Of a DNA stretch of 64,000 nucleotides, positions 50,230-63,520 are shown piece after piece; the stretch's first letter is position 1; each line of letters starts with the position of its first letter. The stretch is from Takakia lepidozioides (Eukaryota > Plantae > Bryophyta), in NCBI GenBank assembly GCA_030704615.1, contig CM060732.1:72974001-73038000 (forward strand). Direction: 5' to 3'. The notes below the pieces were generated by a model. That model had not been told where the DNA came from, made no database searches, and saw only the letters and a list, made by a program, of their open reading frames with translations. Made by a program: the position numbers and the translations under genes.

Positions 50230-51592
50230 TACCTCCATGGCCTATCAAACGCAGCAGGAGAAAGAAGCTCAAAGAAATTCAGATGATCAAGCAATGGTTG
50301 ACATGCTACATTCCAAGAAAAGAAAAAGAGGCTCCGTATTGATTGAAGTGGTGTCCCCCATTAAACCAACAGGATCGGGCTTCTTCCCAGTGCGCATCAT
50401 GGAGGCTTGGGGTTCCTTCCCTTTCTCAATCTCTGATATGCAGCAGCTAGACTCTACCAGCTTGGCAATAACGATTCTGGAGCTGCATTCTTTCAAGCTC
50501 AGCCCCCTACCAGGGTGGGAACCAGGCTCCTCATTTGAGAGAGAAAAGGCTGCAATATGTGTCACCCCCCTGCTCTACAATTTTGTAGATGATTACACCA
50601 GTTTCTTCCTGCCAAGTGTGAAGCAAGGATTCCAGTCTGCATGGGTTTCGGAAGCTCTGGCTCTCCAGTTCGGCATTGGGAAGGAAAGAGAGCTTGCATT
50701 GACCCTCACGCAAAACATTCTCAAGGACTTCTTTCCAAAACTGAACTTGACTCTATCTCATATGCAGCATATTGGCATAATGGTTGAAAATATTGCCTCT
50801 CTTCCAGATCTTGTTGTTGTTCATGTCATGCCATTTATTTTCGGTAGGGGCTTGGATACCTCTGGGGCTCATAACTCATGGATTTGGGTGAGTAAGCACT
50901 ACCTGTCTTGCAGAGTCAAAGACCCCATTGAGTGGGCAAGAGGCATGAAAATAATGGAGGTAGGTTCCAAGCTGGTAGATGAACATTACCAGCTGCTACA
51001 TCCTCAGATGGAATCTGGGCAACCCCAGCAGGAGCCAAATCTCAACACACAAATGGTGCTGGCAAAGACGAATCACTCAAATGCATCCTCCAATGTTGTA
51101 GCAGATCCAGCCATCACCTTTCTGCTACCGGAAGAGACAGTGGACTCACCCCCACAGGTGAGCATCTCTGCTGCGTGCTCCCCCTTCTTCTTTTATGTGC
51201 TTGACCACTCAGACTGTAAACGGGTATGGACTTTGCTGCTAGACAGTGTTCATAAGCAGAAAATCCTGCCAGCCTGGTGGAACTCAGCAGGCCTTCCATC
51301 CTCCCCCACAATCCCTCTCCTGCCTTTCAAAAGCTCTAGCCTGGGACATCTCTGCAGACATGTTTTCAGTTCTTAGAGACAGAGGGACCCACTTCGTACC
51401 TTTTCAAAACAACTGTAAACGAAAAAAGGCAACGATTGTGTTCACCTGTCAGCTCCCTGTTTTGATCCATCCTCCACAAGGGTTTAAGTGGTTCTCCACC
51501 CCGCCACCATCCGACAAGCGTTCAAAATATTTCTTCCTCCCACAATGGCCATCAAGTCACGCAAAGAGCGTGGGCCTGATAGTCACACCCAC

Positions 51593-54500
51593 ATGAATCT
51601 GTCTCTTGTCTCCTGGAATGTGCGAGGTCTCGGCTCTGACCACTCTCCCCCAAAAGGGCAAGGGTCAGAGCTTGGGCCTCCACTTTGTTACGTGGTTCCA
51701 ATATAATCTTTCTGCAAGAACATAAATTAAATCAACAAAAAATTGCTTCCCTTGGTGCCTCCATTTGGCCAGCGGCCACTGCCTTCTGGAATCACCATCT
51801 CGGATTCTAGAGGGGGCACAACAATCCATTATCTCCCATGAGATCTGGTTGCAAGGCAGAGTGCAGCTTCTTGTCTTGAACATAGGTCAATCATTGGGGG
51901 AGGTGGGGTTTTCTAAACATCTATGCTCCAAATGGGGAGGAAGACAGGATAGACCTCTGGAACCAGATCAGATGTAACATGCAGTAGCGACATCATCTCC
52001 AGCACTGGCTGGTAGGCGGCGACTTCAATATGGTGGAGGATAAAAGAGACAGACTTGGGAGATTGGTGAATGGTCTCTCCATGACAGAAAAGAACACTTG
52101 GGATGCCTTGTGCTTGTTAGTGGGGCTGCTCGACGCTTCGTCTCCAAGCCAGGGAGAATTGAAATTCATATGGTCGAACAACAGGGACCCCCCTCACTTG
52201 TGCCAGGCTCGGTTGGACAGATTTTATTGCTCCTACACTCTGAAGTCGTGGTCAACCAGTGTTTCGTTGCAGCCTATCCTCCTTGAGTTTGACCATGCCA
52301 TGGTGCAACTGATGCTCAACACCCCAGGGTCCAGGGTGAGAGGCAGGGGTTTCTTCAAGCTTAACCCAATCATGTTGCAGGACCCCTTCGTCATACAGAC
52401 CCTTCAGAATGCCTGGGAATCGGCAACCACCCAGCTAGTCTCTCCCACTGCCAGATTCTTGGCAAAGATGGAACTTTTAAGAGACCTTTGTAAAGTCATG
52501 GCAAAGGAAAAGGCAGATGACAACAGGCGGTCAACTCTTTGGCATCACAAAAATCGCCAGGACTGGATGGTCTCCCAATTGAACTTTTTAAAGCACTTTG
52601 GCATACAATTGGGGAGGACTTCCTCCATATGGCTAATGATATTATGGTAAAACAGATAATGCCCTTGCAGATGGCGGAAGGTCTCATTACTCTAGTCTTT
52701 AAGAAAGGAGATAGAGAAGATATGGCCAACTACCGTCAAATCACTTTGCTAAACTCAACTTACAAGATTATCGCAGAGACCCTGGCCTTGAGGTTGCAGC
52801 CTCTCTTGCCGAAAATTATTAGGAAGGAGCAGACTGGCTTTCTCAAAGATCGCATGATCTTAGACAACATCTTGCTGGCGCACGAGGCCCTTCACAGAGC
52901 AGAAATAAACAGCCAGCCACTGGCCTTCTTAATGCTTGATTTTGAAAAGGCCTTTGACTCCATTGATTGGACCTTTCTGTAGGGGCTATGGAGAGATCGG
53001 GGCTGGGAGGGCCTTTCCTGACATGGGTCCACATCCTCTTGCATGCAACATCCAGCAAGGTCATGGTTATGGCTCTGACTAAGTGCTTAGAATTCTGCCA
53101 GTTCAAGCTGCAATCGGTTCTGGAGGGAGCGCACACCATATCTGCTTACAAGGATGCCAAGAGAAATCTCTCCACGCTGTTACATGCCAAGGATCAATTC
53201 TCCAGAGTCAAAGCTAGAGTCAATTGGAGCCTTAAAGGGGAAAAGATGAATAGATATTTCTTTGTTAAGGCTACGCAGTGGCGAGCTGCCACAATGGTCC
53301 CAGCTTTGTGAGATGCAGATGGACATCGGGTAGATAAGCCAAAAATCATGGCAGAAGTGGCAGCCTCATATTTTCAAGCTTTGTTTCAAAAGCAAGATGA
53401 TTTGCAGCAGAAACATGAAGCATCAGCGGCTTTGTTGCACCACATCCCCTGCTCGATCTCTCAACTGGACAAATCAAACCTGGCAGCCCCTCTGTCAGTG
53501 TATGAATTGGGGCTATATCGAAGCCCTTTCGCATTTCCAGATCGGTGCGGCAGGGTTGTCCCCTGGCACCCTTCCTCTTCCTCATAGCGGCAGACTCACT
53601 GGGTCACATGTTGCACTACAGGCAAGACATCATTGGCCTTCACTTGCCCACACTGACCCCGAAAATGCTGAAACTCTCGATGTATGCAGATGACACTACT
53701 CTATTGCTGGACAACTCCACTAAGGCCAACGTTGACAAGGCACTCCAAATTCTCCACACCTTCTGCTTGGCTACAGGGCTCAAGGTCAATTGGAAAAAAT
53801 CAATGGGCATTTTGTCCAAGCTGCATAATGAGGCAACGACAACCCACTGTCAGCCATGGGGGGCAGACATAGGACTTGGGTGGCTGCAAGAGGGCCGAAC
53901 GCACAAGCTACTGGGACATCAAATAGGTCTGAACATGTCAAATCATGACCGCTTCAAGGATGTGTTTGCTAGGCTAAAAAAAAAACCTGGCGTTCTGGAG
54001 TGCTGCAATGCTCTCCATTGTGGGTAGAGCTTTAGTTGCTAACCAGGTTTTGGAGGCATCAATGTGGTTTTCTGCGGCAGTTTGGGACCCAGATGAGGCC
54101 ATGGTCAAGGAAATTAAGGCGCTCATTCGTAATTTCATATGGGGAGCTACTTCTGCGGCCCCATCCAGAAGGGCTTTGCTCTCATGGGACCAGTTGTGCC
54201 AAAAGAAAAAAAAGGTGGACTAGGAATTATTGACCCCTCGGCGCAGTTTAAGGCACTGTTGGCAAAGTGGGTCCCAAGAGCCATCAAGCATAGAAACACT
54301 CCATGGAGCAAGCTCATACAACCCTACCTCATGGGATCGATCCCCACATCCTCAAGCCTATGGACTCAATCCTTGAGATGGATTGTTCAATAAAAACAAA
54401 ACTGTTTCCTTGGGCTCCAAACCATGGCAGTCCATATGGAGGGCCTGGCATGGCATGAGAGGCAATCTCACGCAGCGGATGCCTCTGACGCACCAGGAGT

Positions 54501-55807
54501 GTTTGAGACAGCCTGTTTTTGCTAATTATAACATGGATTCGGACATTCTTCTTTCGCAGGCCCCGCGGTGGGCTTTTTGGGAGCAGACAGGATTCACGCA
54601 CATATCAAATATGCGCTGTCAGCATCAGTTCTTATCTAGGGCGCAAATCACCACCATGTTTGGGCACAGAAGAGCTAAAACCTGGGACACCATTCTGGCA
54701 AATGTGCCTCAGTACATGGAACCTCTCCTCACTGATGCATTGGTCATAAAGATACCCACTTGGATGGCCACCAGTCAACGGATCCAGACCCCTGTCATGT
54801 TGGTCACAGCTTGCCAAGGTGTTAGAGCAACAGGTCTGGGATTTTCTGCAGATGGAGATGGTCTTCTTCAGTATCAAGAAAGAATGGAAGCAGATAAAGC
54901 TGACCTCTTTCACATCAGAGTTCTGGATAATCTGGGCAACCCAAACCCGCTGCCCCCGCAAGGTATGGAGACCCAATGGGTGAGACAAGAAAACCTCGCC
55001 TGGTTTTTGAGCTGCCCACTAGTGGACCTACAATTCAATCCCGGGGAGTGGAGATGGATGGATAAGAAAAAGACCCCTTTCTTTGCGTACTCTGTGAAAA
55101 AATGATACTCTCTCCTAAACCCCTCCCGCTTGTTTGAATTCAAGTGGAAAGCAAAATGGAACATCCCGGTGCTAGACCGCTTAGGTTGGGACAAAATCTG
55201 GAGAGACATCTGGAGAAAAGACAAACCAGCCAGGCTATCCGGTTTTCTATGGAAAATCGCGCATAGAATTCTTCCAGTCAGAAAACGCACCCATGAAGAC
55301 AACCCTAACTGCTCTCTGTGCGGTTCTTCTCCTGAATCCATTGAACACTGCCTGATGTTTTGCAATCTGGCTGTTAGAGTCTGGCACTTGGTTCTTGGTT
55401 TCTACTCCCGCTGGAATAGCTTCCCCTCTCCCCCCCCACCTTCTCTGTTGCTTCTAAATTTCACCGTGGGTCAAGTGCAGACTATCTGCCCGGTTTGGGC
55501 TGCTCTTAGAGCGCTTACCTTGTGGAACTTATGGAAAACAAGATGTGCTTGGATTTATGAGGGAAAACCCCCCAGGGGCAGATCGGTATTATTCAATACT
55601 TACCAAGATCAGATGTTGACTGAGGGGTGGAAGGCTTGGTTAACTGTCTGTGCAACTGTTTCCAGAACTTCGGAGCAGCGAGGGAGGAAATTGCTTCAAG
55701 ACTTCCATGACACCTGGGGCAAAAGCAGCATGCTCGGCGCCGGTTTTTCCAACTCTAAATTCACTTGGCAACATTCCATCCCCTCTCAATGGGAGGTCCC
55801 CTGGTGA
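51593..55807 (+). pseudogene. LINE ORF2 (APE, RT, zf-RVT), frameshifted
   Basis: MNLSLVSWNVRGLG, WLVGGDFN, ARLDRFY, KSPGLDG, NYRQITLLNSTYKIIA, LDFEKAFDSIDW, RQGCPLAPFLF, MYADD, CSLCGSSPESIEHCLMFC. Confidence 0.9.
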
Positions 55808-56459
55808 AGGTGATGAGGGAGATTGCAACTGGCGCCATAAACGTGCAAGAGCCCCCAAATTCCGCGCGCAGCTACAGTTCTAGAAGTCTAGCATCTGCAT
55901 TCGCCTCTGCGATGGTTCCGAGATGCTTCACCCTCAAAATCTACTTCCATCGTCCCCAGGCATCCCCTGCTAGTTTCAAGTCTTTTTCAAGACTTAGCTC
56001 ATTGCTTTTTCCTGACATTGTCTACTTCCCTTCAGTGAATCCTGCTTCTAATCCCCCCCATCCCTACCACATCTCTCTCGCCCCCCCACACCACTCTCTC
56101 GACCCATCCTTCTCAAAGTCATCTCTTTGGGTTTCCTTGCTCCTTTCCCTTAGCATGTTCGCTTTGGTTCCGGGGAAGTTCCCTCTCAATAAGCCTCACG
56201 GCCCCCCCCCCCGGATGGTTATTTTTTCCACCCCTGTGTAACTCCTTCTTATTTAATTTGATCAACAGGGCTTCTGTCCCTTTCCTTAAAAAATAAAAAA
56301 TAAAAAAAATCTTGCAACTTTCTGTTTGCAGCTTAAGTCCTTGGCAGACATCTCTCTCTGTACAATATTGTCCCCCCTGACGGGCCTTTGGTGGTCGCCA
56401 TAATCTTATTTTTTTGGCTTTCCACAAGGGACCTCTACTCTGTTGTCTAGTGTCAAAAC

Positions 56460-56991
56460 CAGTGTTGGACCAGTATATGGGGGTGAGACGTGGTATCAGC
56501 ACGGGTAAGGGTATCGCAACAGGGTACCATATCAGGCGGGTACAAGCAATTTGCAGTACCTCGGGCAGAACATATTGGGGGCAATATAATAAAACGCTAA
56601 TACCTGAGCTCCTACCAGACCAGCCTGGTATCGCAAAGAACGTAGCTTTGTCGATACAATACTATGTCTTCAGCCGTCACTTGCACCCTAGGTATGAATA
56701 TGTTATCAATATGCTATTCAAAAATCTGCTTCGGCTCGGAGCAGTGACGTCTCATTTATCAGCCTGTATGGCTCTTGTAAGGTTATTATTTCCTTACCAT
56801 CCCTATACCTCCTTGTTACTATAAATAAAGGCGCTGCTGAAGTGGTGAACTTCAGCAGTTGAAGTGTGGCATTCAAAAAACAAAACTGTCCAAATTGTAC
56901 CTGCCATGGAGAATTTCTACCATGGAGCTGTAAAATTGATACCAGTATTGATATACCGGTATGAAATGTTTATGATACCGGTCCAACACTG
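56460..56991. mobile_element. Non-autonomous hAT element/MITE (532 bp)
   Basis: TIR CAGTGTTGGACC(A/G)GTAT (16/17 match between ends); TSD GTCAAAAC / GTCAATAC; many GGTAT/ATACC subterminal motifs as in the autonomous copy. Confidence 0.9.
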
Positions 56992-58098
56992 GTCAATACG
57001 TTTGCCAGTGTGTGCGTAACCAAATGTGATGTTTGTCCTCATGAAACCGCACAAAGAGATGGACCTGGTTCTTGCAAAGATTCAGGTTGTTTTTTGGCTC
57101 CTCTTCTGCATGTGCAAATGACTGCTGAGACCGCAGTCTACTTTGGGTCTTATTTGTACCGTTCTACCTCTCGCTCTGATATGCTCACTAAATGCAAATC
57201 CAGTGCCACAAAGGCTTTGATGTAGAAAGTCTCCGCCTATACCATTTCATGTATACATAAAGTTATATTGTTTCAAAGTTGAAGGAATCAGAATGCTTGT
57301 CCAGACCCTGACCCCTATGGCAAAAACATTGTTTGAGGGTTTTGTCAAATAAGGCCCTGGTTGAAGCATTTATGGGGTGCACGGTCACAGACACAGTGGC
57401 TGTGCTAAAACCTACTATTTGTCGGACAAAAATGTGTTTTATCTTCTCAGTGTGAAATCAATGATACTCTCACCCAGAGGTTCCACTCTCTGACCATTGA
57501 AGGGGCATTTTAAGCTCATAAAGTCGCTCTTAAATACACTGGTGGCCACAAGGCTACGACAAACATCTTATGAGTACATTATAAAATATACGGAATTAAG
57601 CAAGCAGTCCGTTACAACAAGGAAATCATCTAGATCATGGCTCTCCCAAGAAAGTTTGTGTTTGAGCCCCATTGAAGGCAGATTCACACGATGTGTAATT
57701 TGTAATCTTGTAATCTTGTCCTCATTTGAGAGTTGCTTGCAATCGTTATGTAACAGCACCAGTTTTTGGGAGCTCATAACCTGACAGGCAAAGAATACAA
57801 AAACAATCTTATAAAGAATCCTCATTCAATTGTTGTAATCTTCACACCAAAAATTCTTCATCCAGTTTGGATTGGGCAGAAAAGGGTTGTGATGGGAAGG
57901 TGAGGTTTAACTATATTTCGCACTTCATATTTGACCTTGCTCCCTTCCTCGGAGTCTTTGTTGCTCAATGGTTTTGCGAGTTCTCTCTTAGATCTTGCTC
58001 ACTTCCTCGTGGTTTTGTTTCTCAAAAGTTTTGATATCAAGCTGCACTTATCAAGTTTGGGGGTACGTAGTCTTGTTTTGGTGGCAATGACAAATACT

Positions 58099-59200
58099 AT
58101 GCATCGTATTATACGAGGTGTGTGGTTGTTTTTAGTAATCTTAGCTTCAGCTTTCGATCCGGTCACATCAGTTTGTCCATCGGGTGACTCACGCTTTGAT
58201 ACTAGAAATGACCAATTAGCATTTCCATCAAATCAACAGTTACATTTGAATAGACCTTACGGAGAAACATTTTTTGGACATCCCGCAGGTCGATAAAGTT
58301 TTGAATGGGCGTATTGTGATTGATTGCGTCACTCATGCCTTTGGACTTCCTTTCGTCATCTCGATTCAAGCATATATAACGAACCGTACAAACTCCAATT
58401 TTTGACATGCATGGGATTAATTTTGCTTATGTTGGAGCTACTGCACGAAACAATGAGTATTTGGTTCCATATCATCTCAAGCTTTACGTTGAACAATTTT
58501 TGGATTGCAAAACCAATGCAAAATCAAAATTGTCAAGCGAATCAACACCCACTTCAAATAATTATAAGGATGATTATACATTATACATGCTCAGGGCAAC
58601 GATTTTTCATATCAATATCTCCAACACATGGGACCTACAAATGTAATGAAAGATATTGTGCCTCAATCGGTGGCTGCAATTTTAGCTGCTACAGAGAATT
58701 TATACAATACATGAGCTAGATTTTTTTTTTATCTATAACAATCATGCCGAAGGTTGCTCCACTATTTTCCTCTGAAATTGGGGCAATCCTGGGGTTTCAA
58801 GATATGAACACGGGTGTTGATTCCTTTCAATGAGGTTGTTTAAGCCTTACAACGAGAGCTTGAAAAGTCTGATTCAAGATCTCCAACAACAACTTCCGGG
58901 AATTTCTATTCATTTCTATTCATTTCGGACATTATGACATCAACATGGACATTATGAAGAGTCCAGAAAAAATATGGATCTCCGAAAGAAAATATATTCC
59001 AAACGGCTTGTGTGTAAGGACATCCATGCCATTCCAACTTGGATGCTATGTGTGGAAACATTAATGCAACAATAGGAAGGAAAATTATGGGTTTAGACGT
59101 ATACAAATCTAGGGATCCCAACAACAGTCTATATATATCTGGGATGGAGTACACTTTACAGAGGCCTTCTACAAGATTATAGCAAAGTCGTTGTTTGGAA
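58099..59200 (+). pseudogene. GDSL esterase/lipase pseudogene, most complete copy (no obvious introns)
   Basis: Signal-peptide-like start, SGDSRFDTRN (block I), PYGETFFGHPAGR, GINFAYVGATA (block II), YNESLK..IQDL, IWDGVHFTEAFY (block V); many frameshifts. Confidence 0.85.
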
Positions 59201-59873
59201 TATGGTTTCTTTTGGAAATCCATATTTTTCTAGATTTTTCACAATGTTCAGGTTGATGTCATAATATCCGAAATGGATAGAATGAATAGAAATTCTCGGA
59301 AACCGTTGTTGGAGGTCTTGAATCAGACTTTTCAAGCTCTCGTGGTAGGCTAAAACAACCTCATTGAAAGGAATCAAACCCCATGATTGCCCCAATTTGA
59401 GAGGAAAATAGTGGAGCAAACTTTGGCATGATTGTTGTAGATAAAAAAAATGTCTAGCTCCTGCATTATATAAATTCTCTATAGCAGCTTAAACTACAGC
59501 CACCGATTGATGCACAATATTTTTCATTACATCTGTAGGTCCCACGTGTCAGAGATACTGATATGAAAAATCGTTGCCCCCAACATATATAATATATAAT
59601 CATTCTTATAAATTTCTGAAGTGCGTGTTGATTCACTTGACAATTTTGATTTTGCATTGGTTTTGAAATCCAAAAATTGTTCAATTGGAAGCTCGAGATG
59701 ATATGAAACCAAATACTCATCGTTTCGTGCAGTAGCTCTAGCATAAGTTAAAACGGATCACATCCTCAATTCATGAGCATAATTTACAAATCACATTCGT
59801 TTGACAATATATTCACCCTTCAATTCGCATTCTGTCATGAAATTGGTGGGCGGGTCCAAATAGTCTCTTGTCA
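59193..59873 (-). pseudogene. Inverted partial copies of the GDSL pseudogene
   Basis: 59193-59747 is the reverse complement of 58426-59003; 59758-59873 is the reverse complement of 60049-60162. Confidence 0.85.
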
Positions 59874-59874
59874 T

Positions 59875-62330
59875 ATGCACATCCACACCATTTCAACATG
59901 GATGCTAGTGTGGAAACATTAATGCAACAATGGGAGGGAAAATTATGGATTTAGATGTATACAAATCTAGGCCGGATCCCAACAACTACATTATATGGGA
60001 TGGAGTACACTTTACATATGCCTTCTACATGATTAACAAAGTCGTTTTTGACAAGAGACTATTTGGACCCGCCCACCAATTTCATGACAAAATGCGAATT
60101 GAACGATGAATATTTCGCCAAAAGAATGTGATTTGTATTATGCTCATGAATTGAGGATGTGACCAGTTTTTGTTTAGCTACGGTCAGAGACTAGGACCTG
60201 CCTCGTCTGATGGGGCAGGCGAGGCGTACCAGACCAGGGTACATAACGATGGGGTGGGGTAGGCTGCGCAGTACTAAAAACAATAACTGCTTCGCGAGAC
60301 GTTGCATCATAATCCAAGATTCCAATATGTCTTCGGACGTTTCGCACGTTTTTATTGGATGGCTCAGCATCCTTAGTATACCATTGACCGCAAATCGGAA
60401 TGAACATCGAAGGGGGTGCCTTATTCAAACAATGGAGCTATTGCACGAAACGATGAGTATTTTGATTCCATATCATTTCGAGCTTCACGTTGAACAATTT
60501 TTGGATTTACCAATTTTCCTCGATCCTCATGCATAACAAACCCCGCCTTCTCCCACTTTGCGATTTCCTCAGCTGAACGATAGAATTCTACCCCTCTGCG
60601 AATACAAACCCTGTTGCTGCAAGTTCTGATTCTGAGTAGCATCTACTCCTGGCCGCAACACACAACCATACTTGATGTGCCCCTTGCTCTAGGTGCTGGG
60701 GTTGGCCCTATCATGGGCTTACTCTCACTCTCGTTGGACTCAAATTCTACAACAATGCTACCGATATCTTCATTCCTTCCTTCGCTTTTGCTTGCCTCAC
60801 TCACTTCCAAAAACTCTGCTCCCTCTTCTATTCATCTCCCTCTGCCTCCTTTCCTCCTCCTCCCGCTCCATCTCGCTCCTCCTCCTCCATCCTCCATATT
60901 GTCTAACTTAAATTCTACTCTGCTCAGTGACGTTGGGCTCAGTGACGTTGGGATGTCCACTATTTTCCTCTCAAATTGGGGCAATCCTACGGTTGCAAAG
61001 ATGAGCACGGGTGTTTGATTCATTTCAATGAGGTTGTCTTAGCCTACAACGAGAGCTTGAAAAATCTGATTCAAGATCTCCAGTAACAGCTTCCGGAAAT
61101 TTGTATTCATTTGTATTCATTTCGGATATTTATGTGATTTGTATTACGCTCATGAATTGAGGATGTGACCAATTTTTGTTTAGCTTCATTATGGTCAGGA
61201 CTAGAACCTGCCTCGTCTGATGGGGCAGATGAGGCGTACCACACCAGGGTATATAGCGATGGGGTGGGGTAGGTTGCGCAATACTCAAAAAAATAACTGC
61301 TTTGCGAGACGTTGCATCATAATCCAAGTTGATTCCAAAATGTCTTCGGACGTTTTGCACGTTTCTATTGGATGGCTCAGCATCCTTAGTATGCTGTTGA
61401 CCGCAAATCAGAATGAATATTAAAGGTATAATTAATATATATATTTCCAACAGGTAATACCTTATTCAAACAATGAAGTTATTGCACGAAACGATGAGTA
61501 TTTTGATTCCATGTCATTTCATTTCGAGCTTCAAGTTGAACAAGTTTTGGATTTCAATACCAATGCAAAATCAAAATTGTCAAGCAAATCAACACACACT
61601 TTAGAAAATTATGAGAATGGATTATACATTATACATGTTGGGGGCAACGATTTTCCATATCAGTATCTCCGACACATGGGACCTACAATTATAAGAAAGA
61701 TATCGTGCCTCAATCGGTGGCTGCAGTTTAAGCTGCTACAAAGAATTTATATAATGTAAGAGCTAGACATTTTTTTATCTACAACAATCATGCCGAAAGT
61801 TGCTCCACTATTTGTATGTCAAATTGGGGTTGCAAGAGATGAGCACGTGGTGTTTGATTCCTTTCAATGAGGTTGTTTTAGCCTACAACGACAAATCTGA
61901 TTCAAGATTTTCAACTACAACTTCTGGAAATTTGTATTCATTTGTATTCATTTCGGATATATTACACTAAGGCTGACTTTCGTCGCTACTCGACGGGTGG
62001 TGGACATTGTGAAGTATCCAGAAAAAATAAGGATTTCCAAAAGAAAACATATTCCAAACGGCTTGTGGATATGGACATCCATACAATTTCAACTTGGATG
62101 CTAGTGTGGAAACATTAATGCAACAATGGGAGGGAAAGTTATGGGTTTAGACGTATACAAATCTAGGGATCCCAACACCTATATTATCTGGGATGGAATA
62201 CACTTTAAAGAGGACTTCTACAAGATTACAGCAAAGTCGTTTTTGACATGAGACTATTTGGACTCACCCACCAATTGAACGATGAATATTTTGCCAAAAG
62301 AATGTGATTTGTATTACGCATGGATCAATT
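59875..62330 (+). pseudogene. Further direct partial copies of the GDSL pseudogene interleaved with unrelated fragments
   Basis: LYIIHVGGNDF (block III) at ~61620-61653 and WDGIHF at ~62189. The module 60127-60510 is repeated at 61133-61550. Confidence 0.8.
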
Positions 62331-63069
62331 TTTGTCCCAAGATATATGAATAAAATTTTATAATGTATTGTGATATAGTTAGTTGTAGAGGCTTAGTATG
62401 TCAATAATCATGGGTTGGGTCCTCCTGATCTGTTTGTGGTGGGATTGGCAATTTGGAACAAGAAAACAATTGATATTATGGACTTATAGACAACCAACAT
62501 TCTCTCTTTTTCTTTAGGTTCATGTACTAATTATTAAAGTACACAAAAATAGATCTAGATGTGTGGAAACATTGATCTCATGATTGGCAAGTGAGCCCAC
62601 CTCTTCTTGCACATACTGCCCCAAACATCAAATATATCACTGATTCAACCACCACATCCGCACCACAGAGATAAACTGGGTACTCAGTATAATGATAAAA
62701 TCAGATATCACATGTAGTATTATTTACATACATCTAGAAACAAATGACCGTACACCAAATGCCCTTCACAACCTTTTAAGGTCCCAATCAATATATGAAT
62801 CGAGACGTTTGTTTGTTTGTAGCGTCGTTGAGGTCTCCCAAACCTACTTGGTGCCGTTGGAAAGCCTCGACGAGGAGGGGTGCACCGGCTTGGTCTTACG
62901 AATTTTGGACGAGCGGATGTCGAATTTCAAGTACTTTGGGCAGTTAGAAATTCACGAAAAATAGCAAAGTGGGCATTCCTGGACAATGGTTGGAGCCTCG
63001 ACATGAGGATATCAAGGAAAAGGTCTCCGGTTCAAATCTGGTCGTAGGCTCTGTGGAAAAATAGTGATT

Positions 63070-63520
63070 AGACTTAGATGACTTAGATGACATTGGACAC
63101 TGGGGCACATGTTACCCTACGGGTCACATTTGGGCCTCATAGGAGATTGCACTTGGACTTAGATTTTAATTCTTCACACACGGGCCAACGGCATAGGCTA
63201 CACTAGAGGTCACACTTGGGCCTCAACATAGGAGACACATTGGATACAGAAGAAATTGCACTTGGTCTTAGATTTTCAATTCTCTGCACATGGGCCAAAG
63301 GTATAGGCTATCCTAGAGGTTACACTTGGGCCTCGACATAGGAGACGGCACTGGGATACATAGAAGATCTTACACTTTGACTTAGATAACACTTGACACT
63401 TGGGCCCCCACCACATGCTATCCTAGAGGTCGCATTTGGGGGGAGTCGCACTTGGATGCAGAGAGGATTGCACTTGGACTTAGATGACATTGGACACTTG
63501 GGCCTACGGCACATGCCACC
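63070..63520. repeat. Degenerate ~110-bp tandem repeat
   Basis: CTAGAGGT(C/T)(A/G)CA.TTGGG recurs at 63203, 63313 and 63423; ATTGCACTTGG.CTTAGAT also recurs. Confidence 0.7.

Larger units (their letters stand above)
48420..56309 (+). mobile_element. Near full-length L1/Tx1-clade LINE, inactivated and internally rearranged
   Basis: ORF1 with a zinc knuckle, ORF2 APE-RT-zf-RVT motifs, A-rich tail at 56288-56309. 5' boundary approximate. Confidence 0.88.
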
